From an uncultured Solirubrobacterales bacterium (GTDB lineage: Bacteria > Actinomycetota > Thermoleophilia > Solirubrobacterales > 70-9), in contig CAVPRR010000005.1 of assembly GCA_963707965.1 (NCBI GenBank), positions 28,255 through 92,254 on the forward strand: 64,000 bases of DNA, in the 5' to 3' direction. Numbering within the stretch: the stretch's first letter is position 1; each line of letters begins with the position of its first letter. The position numbers and the translations under genes were made by a program. The notes beneath the pieces are model-generated. The model made no database searches. It worked only from the letters and a program-made list of their open reading frames with translations, and was not told the origin of the DNA. Of the stretch, positions 45,655 through 55,399 are shown in pieces.

Positions 45655-46042
45655 GCGGGGCGCGCTCGAGCTCCCGCAGCCGCGCCGCGACCCGATCAGC
45701 CCGGACGCTGAAGTCCCGCAGGCCATCGTCCTCGCCGTCGTCGGCGTCGGAGCCCGACTGAGCGCCGAGCATCGCGGCGCTGGCCTGTTCTGCCAGGTCG
45801 GCCGCCCGGCGCGCCTGCTCGGCCGCATCCAGCGCGGCGGCGCCAACCGTCATCACGGCCGCCTCGGATGCGCGCGCTGTCGCCAGCGCCACGTCGATCC
45901 GCGTCACCAGCTCGCTCAGCAGCGGTGGCCGCGCATGCTCGGGGAGAAGCCAATCCTGCGTGGTGTCGCGTCTGGGAGCCTCCACCGCACCGGAATGTAG
46001 GGGCCGTGCAGGCGGCAAATGTGACGAGCCCTCGAATGCCAC
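45602..46042 (-). CDS. hypothetical Ala-rich protein
   Basis: 146-aa ORF with GC-rich third positions, except where its last ~17 codons overlap the pabC 3' end. Start uncertain. Confidence 0.4.
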   Translation of the reverse strand: MAFEGSSHLPPARPLHSGAVEAPRRDTTQDWLLPEHARPPLLSELVTRIDVALATARASEAAVMTVGAAALDAAEQARRAADLAEQASAAMLGAQSGSDADDGEDDGLRDFSVRADRVAARLRELERAPLIPAPASGAAALQREAV

Positions 46043-46090
46043 GGTCGACTAGATTTCGCCCCGACTGAGCGAACCGACCCGAGGAGCAGC

Positions 46091-47143
46091 TTGAGAAACC
46101 CCAGAGACTTCCTCCGCCCGCTGGCGATCGGCGCCCCCGAACCACCACGCGAGATCCCCGTCAAGCCGTCGCGGATGATCCACTTCCTCGACTTCTCCAA
46201 CGAGAAGATGGTCGCCAAGGCGGCCGACATCGCCAAGAAGACCGACATCCTGCTCGGCAACCTGGAGGACGCGATTCCGGCCGACCGCAAGGAGGCGGCG
46301 CGGGCCGGCCTGATCAAGGCGGCCAAGGAGTCCGACTTCGGGCAGACGTCCCTCTGGACCCGGGTCAACTCGCTGGAGAGCCCATGGGTGCTCGACGACC
46401 TCACCACCCTGGTCACCGAGATCGGCGACAAGCTGGAGGTCGTGATGGTGCCCAAGGTCGAGGGCGCCTGGGACATCCACTATGTGGATCGGCTGCTCGC
46501 CCAGCTCGAGGCAAAGGCCGGACTCGACCGCCCGATCCTGATCCACGCGATTCTCGAGACCGCCCAGGGCGTCGTCAACCTCGAGGAGATCGCCGCCGCC
46601 AGCCCGCGCATGCAGGGGATGAGCTTCGGCCCCGCCGACCTCGCCGCCTCGCGACGGATGAAGACCACGCGCGTCGGCGGCGGACACCCCGGCTACCGGG
46701 TGATGGAGGACCCGGCTGACCCCGAGAACCCCGAGGCCGACAGGGTCTCTGCGCAGCAGGACCCCTGGCACTACTCGATCGCCCGCATGGTCGACGCCTG
46801 CACGTCGGTGGGGATCCTGCCCTTCTACGGCCCGTTTGGCGACATCAAGGACACCGCCGGCTGCGAAACGCAGTTCCGCGCGGCCTTCCTGCTCGGCTGC
46901 GTCGGCGCCTGGTCCCTGCACCCGGTCCAGATCGATATCGCCAAGAAGGTCTTCAGCCCGCCACCCGAGGAGGTCAGGTTCGCCAAGAAGGTCCTCGAGG
47001 CGATTCCCGATGGCCGCGGCGTCCACATGATCGACGGCAAGATGCAGGACGACGCAACCTGGAAGCAGTGCAAGGTGATGGTCGAGCTTGCCGAGATGCT
47101 GGCGGCGAAGGACCCCGAGCTGGCGCAGGTATACGAGTTGTAG
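46091..47143 (+). CDS. mcl: L-malyl-CoA/beta-methylmalyl-CoA lyase (HpcH/CitE fold)
   Basis: Near full-length resemblance, from memory, to Chloroflexus-type Mcl: [51 protein letters not shown]. Confidence 0.85.
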   Translation: MRNPRDFLRPLAIGAPEPPREIPVKPSRMIHFLDFSNEKMVAKAADIAKKTDILLGNLEDAIPADRKEAARAGLIKAAKESDFGQTSLWTRVNSLESPWVLDDLTTLVTEIGDKLEVVMVPKVEGAWDIHYVDRLLAQLEAKAGLDRPILIHAILETAQGVVNLEEIAAASPRMQGMSFGPADLAASRRMKTTRVGGGHPGYRVMEDPADPENPEADRVSAQQDPWHYSIARMVDACTSVGILPFYGPFGDIKDTAGCETQFRAAFLLGCVGAWSLHPVQIDIAKKVFSPPPEEVRFAKKVLEAIPDGRGVHMIDGKMQDDATWKQCKVMVELAEMLAAKDPELAQVYEL

Positions 47144-47381
47144 TAACGCCGCTCCCTTCGCTCGCCAAAGCGGAATCCCGTACCCAAAATCGGGCTGCGG
47201 CGCGAGCCGAAAGCTGCACACTTCCAGTTCATTGCACCAAATTCGCGGCGGGCGATTTCCGACCCGCTAACGTGAATGAAAGCTGCCGCCGATAGAGGTC
47301 GGGAAGCGCTTCAACAATTGAGGAAAGCCGGCCGCCGCACCCGACAGAGCTCCCATCACCCGCACTTAACTTCTCGATCAA

Positions 47382-49007
47382 ATGCCCTCATCAGTCGACG
47401 TATCCCTAAAGCGCCCCCTCCCGTCGCGGGTTCCGCGACGGGAAGCACTCGTGCAGGATCGGCCCAGCCTCGGCAGCCTCCCCCGCACCAAGCGCGGGCT
47501 CGGATGGTGGCTCCTTCCTGGGCTCGATCTGCTCGCAGCCTGCACCGCTCTGGTGGCGATCGCCCTCGCCAGCGGCGAGCAGCTCTTCCCGGCCCTGCCG
47601 GTGGCGCCGGCGCTGCTGATCGCGGTTAACGGCGCGCTCGGGGTGTACGGGGCCAGGCCGACCCGAGGGGCGTTCAGCGTGGAGGCCGGTGGGGCGTGGC
47701 CGGTGATCCGCATCCTCGCCGCGGCCCTCTTCGCCTGGTCGGTTTCCCTCCTGACCCCTCTCGGTGGGCTGTGGCAGCTCGCGCTTCTGGGTGTGTTTGT
47801 CCTGCTCGACAGTGGCGTACGCACGCTCGCGGCGCCCGTCCTGCGGCGACTGGACCGGGTGGAGCGGTGGGTGCTGGTCGGGGACCAGGCCACCGCGGAC
47901 CGGCTCAAGGCATTCCCGCCGCTGCGCGCCTACGCGACCATTGTGTGCACGGTCCCGGTCAGCGCGGAACAACCCGAGGCGGCAAGCCGAGTCGCAGCCC
48001 TCGAGGTTGTGGACCGCTGCGCGGCAGACCGCGTCGTTATCGGGACTCAGCACGCCGACGAAGAGGGCCTTCTCGACCTGGTGCGCGCCTTCAAGTCGAT
48101 TGGCGTGCCGGTCAGCCTGCTCCCCCACCCACTGGACCTACTCGAGGCGCCGGCCGCCACTCCAAGCGAGGTGGGCGGCGTGCCGCTGATCGACATCGAG
48201 GCGCTCGCCGCCCGCGGTTCGACCCCCTATGTGGGGCCCGACCGCAGGCGCGACCGCCGCACACAGGTGAGCGTCGTGGTCCCGGCTATCAACGAGGCGG
48301 AGAACATCGGGCACGTGCTGAGCCGCCTCCCCAGCGACCTTCATGAGGTGATCCTGGTGGACGGGAAGTCTCAGGATGACACCGTCGAGGTTGCCCGCCG
48401 CACCTATCCGAGCATCCGGGTGCTGACCCAGAGCGGCCGCGGCAAGGGGGATGCCTTCAGAACCGGCTTCGCTGCCGTGACGGGCAATCTGGTGATCATG
48501 CTGGACGCGGACGGCTCCGCGGACCCGGCTGAGATCCCACGCTTCGTCGCGGCGCTCGAAGCGGGGGCAGACTTCGCCAAGGGGTCCCGCTTCCTCGAGG
48601 GCGGCGGCAGCGCCGACATCACGCCGATCCGCAGCCTCGGCAACACCTTCCTGAGCGGGTTCGCCAACCTCCTGCACGGCACCCACTTCACCGACCTCTG
48701 CTACGGCTACAACGCCTTCTGGGCTCGCTGCCTGCCGTTCATCTCGGTCGACGCACCGGGCTTCGAGGTCGAGACGCTTATCAACCTGCGCATCTCCGGC
48801 GCCGGCATGAAGATCGCCGAGGTGCCCAGCTATGAGTCCAAGCGGCTCTACGGCCAGAGCAACCTGAAGACCTTCCGCGACGGCTTCCGCGTGCTGGGCA
48901 CGATCCTGGGAGAGGCGCGGCGGCGGCGCTCGATTCGAGCCCAGCGGCACCCTGACCCCACGCCGGCCCCCGAGCAGGCCCATACCGCCACCTCCGCTGC
49001 TGCCTGA
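47382..49007 (+). CDS. fusion protein: polytopic membrane plus Rossmann-like N-terminal module (as in WbaP-type sugar transferases) joined to a GT2 polyprenyl-phosphate glycosyltransferase domain
   Basis: N-part has TM helices then ERWVLVGDQATADRL...DRVVIGTQH...SIGVPVSLLP. C-part has VSVVVPAINEAENI, LVDGKSQDDT, MLDADGS, and a DPM1/Ppm1-like pattern. Confidence 0.75.
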   Translation: MPSSVDVSLKRPLPSRVPRREALVQDRPSLGSLPRTKRGLGWWLLPGLDLLAACTALVAIALASGEQLFPALPVAPALLIAVNGALGVYGARPTRGAFSVEAGGAWPVIRILAAALFAWSVSLLTPLGGLWQLALLGVFVLLDSGVRTLAAPVLRRLDRVERWVLVGDQATADRLKAFPPLRAYATIVCTVPVSAEQPEAASRVAALEVVDRCAADRVVIGTQHADEEGLLDLVRAFKSIGVPVSLLPHPLDLLEAPAATPSEVGGVPLIDIEALAARGSTPYVGPDRRRDRRTQVSVVVPAINEAENIGHVLSRLPSDLHEVILVDGKSQDDTVEVARRTYPSIRVLTQSGRGKGDAFRTGFAAVTGNLVIMLDADGSADPAEIPRFVAALEAGADFAKGSRFLEGGGSADITPIRSLGNTFLSGFANLLHGTHFTDLCYGYNAFWARCLPFISVDAPGFEVETLINLRISGAGMKIAEVPSYESKRLYGQSNLKTFRDGFRVLGTILGEARRRRSIRAQRHPDPTPAPEQAHTATSAAA

Positions 49008-49072
49008 CAGGGCAACCGGAATGGCCACGCCGATCGGGCGAGCAGCCGCCCCCGCAGATACCTTGGAACCCC

Positions 49073-50923
49073 ATGCAGGCCGATTCGGCGCTTGACGCTC
49101 CGGGCACCAAGGGCCCGATCAACGCTCCCCACACTCGCCTCGTCCGTCGCAGCGGTCACCTGGCGCCGATCGCCCTCTGCGCCGGTGCGGGGTTGTTCCT
49201 CTGTTCCCTCGCCAACGCGCTCTCACGGGAGACGCTGGACCCGTCCTCGCTGATCTACTGGGCGGGCATCCTGCTGATCGCCCTGCCGATCTTCTACCGG
49301 CTCACCTCACGCGATGCCTCGCCGGGAGAGCGGCTTGCGCTCGTTTGCTTGCTCGGCCTCTCCCTCTACGGAGTCAAGCTGGTGCGCGACGCCCCGATCT
49401 TTACCTTCTCCGACGAGCTGGTGCACGCCTTCAACGCGGACCAGATCTCCACCCACCATCACCTCTTCCGCTTCAACCCGATCCTCCCGGTCACCCCGAA
49501 CTACCCCGGCCTGGAGGGCGCCGCCTCTGCGCTGATGACACTCACCGGGATTTCGAGCTACGGCGCTGGGATCGTCGTCGTGGGCGCCGCCCGCCTCACG
49601 CTGGTAATCGGACTCTTCCTGCTCTTCGCGCGGATCAGCGGCTCGGCGCGGACCGCAGGGCTGGGGGTGGCGATCTACGCCGGCAACTTCAACTTCCTCT
49701 TCTGGGGCGCCCAGTTCTCCTACGAGTCGCTGTCGCTTCCCCTGTTCATCGTCGTGCTGATGGCTATCGCCGAGCGGGGCGCCTCCTCGCAGGAGTGGGC
49801 GCGGAACTGGACGGTGCCGATCGTGCTGGGGATCGCTGCGATCGTCGTCACCCACCACCTCACCTCATACGCGACCGTGGTCTTCCTGGCCACGCTGGCT
49901 CTCGCGTACCGGCTCGTGCGCAGGGATTGGGCCTGGCCCAATCCATGGCGCTTCGCCGCCCTTGCCGCCGTGCTCGCGACCGTCTGGCTGCTGCTTGTCG
50001 CCACCTCGACCTTCGGCTACATCTCGCCGGTGCTCGGCGAAGCGTTCGAAGCGATCTTCCACACCGCCTCCGGCGAGGCGCCGCCGCGAGCGCTCTTCGA
50101 GGGCAAGGGCTCGAACATCCCGGCCACCCCGTTCCTCGCCCGCGCGGTGGCGCTGCTCGCGGTGGCGCTGCTCGCCGTCGCACTGCCGTTCGGGCTGCTG
50201 CGCATCCGGCGTCGCTACCGCTCGCAGCCCTTCGCCCTGGTCTTCGCGGTCGCCGCGCTCGCCTTCTTCGCGACGCTGCTCCTGCGATTGGCGCCCGCCG
50301 CCTGGGAGACCGGCAACCGCGCCGGCGAGTTCCTCTTCGTCGGCCTTGCCTTCGTCGTCGCCTGCGCGGGGCTGCAAAACTGGCGGCCGGGCAATCGCCC
50401 CTGGATCGGCCGCGTTTCGCTCACCGCCGCCCTCGGCGTGGTGCTGGTGGGCGGCGTGATCGCCGGCTGGCCCTGGGACCTCCAGCTAGCATCGCCGCTG
50501 CGCGCGAGCGCCGGCGGCAACACGATCTCCTCGGCGCCCCTCGCGGTCGCCGAATGGGCGAAGCGCAACATCCCCGAAGACCAGCGCTTCGCAGCCGCCG
50601 CCGCCGATGCCCGCATGCTGATGGTGCCCGGCGAGCACGTTGCGCTGGCCGGCAAGACGCCCGATGTCCAGGACCTGCTTGAAGAGCCCGCCCTGTCCGG
50701 ATGGGAGCTGCCGCTGCTGCGCCGCGAAGACCTGCGCTACGTCGTCACCGACCGGCGCGAAATCAGCTCGGACGCGACCAGGGGGTACTCGTTCTCGATC
50801 CGGGGCGACGAAGAGGAGTTGCTGCCGCTGGCCGCGGTGACGAAGTTCGCGGAAATCCCCGGGGCGATGCGAATCTACTCGAGCGGCAACATCTCGGTCT
50901 ACGACCTGGGCGAAGGCCGGTGA
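49073..50923 (+). CDS. large polytopic membrane protein, candidate GT-C-fold glycosyltransferase
   Basis: 616 aa with more than 10 TM helices, an acidic FSDELVH motif in the first extracytoplasmic loop and a C-terminal soluble domain. It follows a Ppm1-like GT2. Confidence 0.6.
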   Translation: MQADSALDAPGTKGPINAPHTRLVRRSGHLAPIALCAGAGLFLCSLANALSRETLDPSSLIYWAGILLIALPIFYRLTSRDASPGERLALVCLLGLSLYGVKLVRDAPIFTFSDELVHAFNADQISTHHHLFRFNPILPVTPNYPGLEGAASALMTLTGISSYGAGIVVVGAARLTLVIGLFLLFARISGSARTAGLGVAIYAGNFNFLFWGAQFSYESLSLPLFIVVLMAIAERGASSQEWARNWTVPIVLGIAAIVVTHHLTSYATVVFLATLALAYRLVRRDWAWPNPWRFAALAAVLATVWLLLVATSTFGYISPVLGEAFEAIFHTASGEAPPRALFEGKGSNIPATPFLARAVALLAVALLAVALPFGLLRIRRRYRSQPFALVFAVAALAFFATLLLRLAPAAWETGNRAGEFLFVGLAFVVACAGLQNWRPGNRPWIGRVSLTAALGVVLVGGVIAGWPWDLQLASPLRASAGGNTISSAPLAVAEWAKRNIPEDQRFAAAAADARMLMVPGEHVALAGKTPDVQDLLEEPALSGWELPLLRREDLRYVVTDRREISSDATRGYSFSIRGDEEELLPLAAVTKFAEIPGAMRIYSSGNISVYDLGEGR

Positions 50924-51786
50924 GGGGCCACAGCGACCTGCGCGCCGTCGCCGGCCTGGCGCTGCTGTGCGCGGGCCTGGCGCTGCTGATCCCTCTCGAC
51001 TGGGTGGCACTCGCCTTCGCGGCGCCCCTCGCCCTGTTGCTGCCGGGCTACGCGATCACCGCCGCAGCCTTCGCCCGCCGCCGGCTCGAGTGGCCGCACT
51101 TCCTGCTGCTCAGCCTCGGGCTCAGCCTGGCGACGCTGGCCCTGGGCAGCCTCGTGCTCGACTACGTCCCGGGCGGTGTCCGCGCGCTCTCCTGGGCGAT
51201 CCTGCTGCTGCTCGTCGTGCTCAACGGCTGCCGAGTTGCGGCGCTGCACCGCAAGGGCCCGGCACCATTCCGCTGGCCGCAGCTGCGGCTGCGGCTGCGA
51301 GCCTGGGAAGCCGGGCTGCTGCTGGGCGGGTTCGCAGCCGCCGTCGCCGCCATTGTCCTCGCCTCCGCGACGGTGCCAGCCAGGAACGCCCTTGGTTACA
51401 CGCAGCTCTGGATCCTTCCCAAGGCCGGTTCCAATGGCAGCGAAGCCCGGATCGGCGTCGGCAGCCAGGAGCAAAGCCCGGTCGATTTCGACCTGCGGAT
51501 CAGGGTCGGCGGCCGCGGTAGTGCCCCGGCTAGGCTCGCCGAGCGCCGAAGCGCCACCCACGGTCGCAGACAGGAACTGGGCCTGGCCACTGCGCTGGGC
51601 GCCGAAATCGTCCGCCGCAGCTTCACCCTGAGGCCGGGCGAAACCCAGGTGGTCACGGTCGGTCCCCCCGCCACGCCCGCGGGCACGACGGTCCCAGTCG
51701 TCGCAACGCTGTTGCGTCACAATCGCCCCTACGGCGTCTATCGCCGGGTCAAGGGCCGACTCGTTGCGCCGGAGCGACGGCAATGA
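50920..51786 (+). CDS. DUF1616-like membrane protein
   Basis: The GTG start overlaps the upstream stop (GTGA). N-terminal TM helices, then a beta-rich extracytoplasmic part. The family call is tentative. Confidence 0.55.
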   Translation: MRGHSDLRAVAGLALLCAGLALLIPLDWVALAFAAPLALLLPGYAITAAAFARRRLEWPHFLLLSLGLSLATLALGSLVLDYVPGGVRALSWAILLLLVVLNGCRVAALHRKGPAPFRWPQLRLRLRAWEAGLLLGGFAAAVAAIVLASATVPARNALGYTQLWILPKAGSNGSEARIGVGSQEQSPVDFDLRIRVGGRGSAPARLAERRSATHGRRQELGLATALGAEIVRRSFTLRPGETQVVTVGPPATPAGTTVPVVATLLRHNRPYGVYRRVKGRLVAPERRQ

Positions 51787-52856
51787 ACTCCATGTCGGCG
51801 TCAAGCTCGGTGGTCGACATCGTGATCAACAACCACAACTACGGCACCTTCCTGAAAGACGCGATCGACAGCGCCCGCCGGCAGACCCACGACCGCGTCA
51901 ACGTGATCGTCGTCGACGACGGCTCAAGCGACGACTCGCGTCAAGTCCTCGACGCGGCGGACGGGGTGACCGTCGTGCTGAAGGAGAACGGCGGACAGGC
52001 CTCCGCGCTCAACGCCGGCATGGAGCGCTGCGAGGGGGACATCGTGATCTTCCTCGATGCCGACGACATGCTTTGTTCCGATGCCGCCGCGCGTGCGGCG
52101 GCGCTCTTCGACGCCGAGGAAAGCGTCAGCAAGGTCCAGTTCCGAATGGAGGTGATCGACGCCGCCGGGCGCCCAACCGGCACGATCAAGCCGGCCGCCC
52201 ACCTGCGGATGCCCGCAGGCGATGTCCGCGCAGCCGAGCTCGCCTACCCCTACGACCTGGTCTGGATGGCGACCAGCGCCAACGCGTTCCGCGCTGAGGC
52301 GGTGCGCCGCATCCTCCCCATCCCCGAGCGCGCATACCCGGTGACCGGCGCCGACTGGTATCTGGTGCACCTGACCGCGCTCCTGGGCCGCGTGGCATCA
52401 GTCGACGCGGTCGGCGTCAGCTACCGCGTGCACGGCGCCAACAGCTACGAGCCGGGAGTTGACAGCCTGGACGTCTCGCACCTGCGTAAGGCCATCGAGT
52501 TTGCCGCCGCGACCTCCCCCGAGCTGCTGCGGCTCGCCGGCGAGCTCGGGCAGCCCCACCCCGATCGCATTCTTTCGATCGCGGACCTCGCGAACAGGAT
52601 GGCTTCGCTCAAGCTTGAGCCCCAGCTTCACCCAATCGCCGGCGACCGCATCCGGAAGCTGCTCGCCGATGCGGTTCGCGCCGCCCGGCGCCGCGACAAC
52701 GCCTCACTGCCGATGAAAGCGATCTTCGTCGGCTGGTTCGCGGCGATGGCCGCCTCCCCCCGCCCCCTCGCCCGCCGCCTTGCCGAGCTGTTCATGTTCC
52801 CCGAGCGGCGCCGCTTCCTCAACCGGCTTCTGGGACGGCTGCAGTGCGCATCCTGA
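51783..52856 (+). CDS. glycosyltransferase family 2
   Basis: VDIVINNHNYGTFL, VVDDGSSDDS, FLDADDM motifs. Confidence 0.85.
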   Translation: MNSMSASSSVVDIVINNHNYGTFLKDAIDSARRQTHDRVNVIVVDDGSSDDSRQVLDAADGVTVVLKENGGQASALNAGMERCEGDIVIFLDADDMLCSDAAARAAALFDAEESVSKVQFRMEVIDAAGRPTGTIKPAAHLRMPAGDVRAAELAYPYDLVWMATSANAFRAEAVRRILPIPERAYPVTGADWYLVHLTALLGRVASVDAVGVSYRVHGANSYEPGVDSLDVSHLRKAIEFAAATSPELLRLAGELGQPHPDRILSIADLANRMASLKLEPQLHPIAGDRIRKLLADAVRAARRRDNASLPMKAIFVGWFAAMAASPRPLARRLAELFMFPERRRFLNRLLGRLQCAS

Positions 52857-54100
52857 TCGCCACCGACCACTTCCCTCCCTTCATCGGCGGTGCCCATCGC
52901 CAGGCGCAGCTGCTAGGCCGGGAAATGGCGAACCGGGGCCACGTGGTGTCTGTCGTCACTCCCTGGCACGGCGGCCTACCGAAGCTCGAACACGACGACG
53001 GCTTCGTCGTCCACAGGGTCCGCCAGGTGCGCACCGCATTCGACTTCATGGTCAGCGACCGGCGCCAGCGCCACCAACCGCCGTTCCCCGACCCGATCAC
53101 GGTGGTCGCCCTTCATAACCTGATCTCCGACTTCGAGCCCGACGTCATCCACGCCTACGGCTGGCTCACCTTCTCGGTCGCCGCGGCGCTGGGGCGCAAG
53201 CGCATCCCCCTACTCGTCTCGGCCCGCGACTACTGCTACTTCTGCGCGACCCGGACGCTGCTGCGCAAGGGAGCGCCCTGCTCGGGCCCTGGCCCGCTCA
53301 AGTGCCTGGTCTGCGCCGGTGACTACTACGGCCGTCCCAAGGGCTGGTTTGCCGCGGCCGGCGTGGCGCTCTCCAAGCCACTGCTGACCCGGAGGATGAC
53401 CGGCCTGCACAGCGTCAGCACCTACGTGCACGACGTCACCGTCGCCAACGTCAGGGACGACGCCCGCAGGCTGTTCGAGGTGACAATCCCCAGCTTCCAG
53501 GCGGAGTCGCCGCCCCGGCCGGGAGAGGAGGGCCCCGATATCGAAGCCTGGCTGGCGCGATTGCCTGAGGAGCCATTCATCCTCTATGTCGGCGCCTTTC
53601 GCAAGGTCAAGGGCCTGGAGACCCTCTTCGCGGCCTACCGCCGGCTCGACTCCCCCCCGCCCCTGGTCCTGATGGGAACCTTCGAGCGGGACTCGCCCAC
53701 CGACTTCCCGCCCGAGGCGATCGTGCTCACCAACGTGCCCCACCGAGCAGTGATGGCGTCCTGGGAGCGGGCCCTGTTTGGGGTGATGCCCTCGCTGTGG
53801 CCGGAGCCGCTCGGCGCCACCGTCGCCGAGGGGATGAGCAGGGGCCGGCCGGTGATCGGAACGCGGCTCGGCGGCCACACCGACATGCTCGACGAGACGA
53901 CCGGCGTCCTCGTCCCGCAGGGCGACGTCAAGGCGCTCACCGCGGCGATGGCCGGACTGATAGAGAACCCGGAGCGGCGAGAAGCGCTGGGCCGCGCCGC
54001 CGCCGAGCGGGCCAAGAGCTTCGCGGGGCCCAACGTGTTGCCGCGCTTCGAGGATGCCTACGAGGCCATGATCGCCGCTGGCGCCACTGAGCCGAGATGA
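52844..54100 (+). CDS. glycosyltransferase family 4 (GT-B)
   Basis: MRILIATDHFPPFIGGAHR N-terminus and a C-terminal EPLGATVAEGMSRGRPVIGT E-x7-E type motif. Confidence 0.85.
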   Translation: MRILIATDHFPPFIGGAHRQAQLLGREMANRGHVVSVVTPWHGGLPKLEHDDGFVVHRVRQVRTAFDFMVSDRRQRHQPPFPDPITVVALHNLISDFEPDVIHAYGWLTFSVAAALGRKRIPLLVSARDYCYFCATRTLLRKGAPCSGPGPLKCLVCAGDYYGRPKGWFAAAGVALSKPLLTRRMTGLHSVSTYVHDVTVANVRDDARRLFEVTIPSFQAESPPRPGEEGPDIEAWLARLPEEPFILYVGAFRKVKGLETLFAAYRRLDSPPPLVLMGTFERDSPTDFPPEAIVLTNVPHRAVMASWERALFGVMPSLWPEPLGATVAEGMSRGRPVIGTRLGGHTDMLDETTGVLVPQGDVKALTAAMAGLIENPERREALGRAAAERAKSFAGPNVLPRFEDAYEAMIAAGATEPR

Positions 54101-55320
54101 GGATCCTGCTGGTGACGCCCATGCTGCCGCGGAAGGACGGCACCGGGGCGATCCCGATCCTCCTCCACGCGCAGCTGCTCGGCCTGCGCCAGCGCCACGA
54201 GGTCACCCTGGTCAGCACGGTGGGAGACGAGCCCGGCGAAGCCCAAGCGGCGGAGCGGCTGCGAGCTTCGGGCGTCGATGCCCACCTCGCCGACCGCCGC
54301 CAGCCGCACTCGGTTGCCGGCCGCTGGCGGCGCCGGGCGCGCCTCGCAAGCACCTGGCTAGGCGGCAATCCGTGGCGGGCAGCCTGGTTCGCCGACCCAG
54401 GCGTGCAGCCGATCCTCGACCGGCTCGCCGCGATGCGCGGCTTCGATGTGGTCGCGGTCGAGGACAGCGCGATGTCCGGCTACAGGCTGCCGACCGGCAT
54501 CCCCTCGGTCCTCACCGAGCACGAGGTGCTGCGACCGCGCCCGGTCGACCGGCATCCGGGCCGGCCCACAGAGTGGCCGGGTTGGGCGCTGGGCGAACTG
54601 GACTGGAGGCGGCGGCCCCGCTTTCAGCACGCCGCCTGGAGGCGCTTCGACCGGGTGCTGGCCTTTGGCCGGCGCGACGCCGGGGCGATCGCGGAGCTCG
54701 CCCCCGAGCTCGCCGCACGCGTCCGAGTCAGCCCCTTCGGCCTGGAGCTGCCCACCCTGGTGGACCCCGCTCACGAGCGCCCGGAGACAGTGCTCTTCAT
54801 TGGCAACTTCTCGCACCGGCCCAACCGCGACGCGGCGAGGTGGCTGGCGGGCGAGATCATGCCCGCCGTGCGCAAGCGCCGGCAGGAGGCCCGCCTGCGA
54901 ATCGTCGGCAGCCACCCGCCGCGCGAGATCCTCGGACTCTCCGGCCCCGGGGTCGAGGTGATCGCCGACGCGCCCAGCATCGAGCCCCATATGGTGGAGG
55001 CAGCCGTTGTCGTCGCTCCGGTGCGCACAGGCGGCGGCATGCGGATGAAGGTTCTGCAGGCGCTCGCCGCCGGCAAGGCGGTCGTTACGACCGGCCGCGG
55101 CGTCGAGGGTTTCGACTGCTTCCAGATCCCACCGCCGCTCCTCGTCGCGGACGGGGCCGAGCGGTTCGCGGAGGAGACCGCGGCCCTGCTGGCCGACCCG
55201 CCGCGGCGGAGCGAGCTGGGGCGACGGGCGCGCCACTTTGCCGAGGAGCACCACAGCCCGAGCGCCTGGGGGGCACGTTTGGAGGCCATCTACGAGGAGG
55301 CCACCGAGGATGCTCGCTGA
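54097..55320 (+). CDS. glycosyltransferase (GT-B, family 4-like)
   Basis: MRILLVTPMLP N-terminus and a C-terminal GGGMRMKVLQALAAGKAVVTT motif. Confidence 0.8.
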   Translation: MRILLVTPMLPRKDGTGAIPILLHAQLLGLRQRHEVTLVSTVGDEPGEAQAAERLRASGVDAHLADRRQPHSVAGRWRRRARLASTWLGGNPWRAAWFADPGVQPILDRLAAMRGFDVVAVEDSAMSGYRLPTGIPSVLTEHEVLRPRPVDRHPGRPTEWPGWALGELDWRRRPRFQHAAWRRFDRVLAFGRRDAGAIAELAPELAARVRVSPFGLELPTLVDPAHERPETVLFIGNFSHRPNRDAARWLAGEIMPAVRKRRQEARLRIVGSHPPREILGLSGPGVEVIADAPSIEPHMVEAAVVVAPVRTGGGMRMKVLQALAAGKAVVTTGRGVEGFDCFQIPPPLLVADGAERFAEETAALLADPPRRSELGRRARHFAEEHHSPSAWGARLEAIYEEATEDAR

Positions 55321-55399
55321 GGTCGTCGCCGGGGAGTCGGCCCCCGAGTCGCGGCCCGGCTGAGGATGCCATCGCCGTACGCGGCTAACCTCGCGTTGG

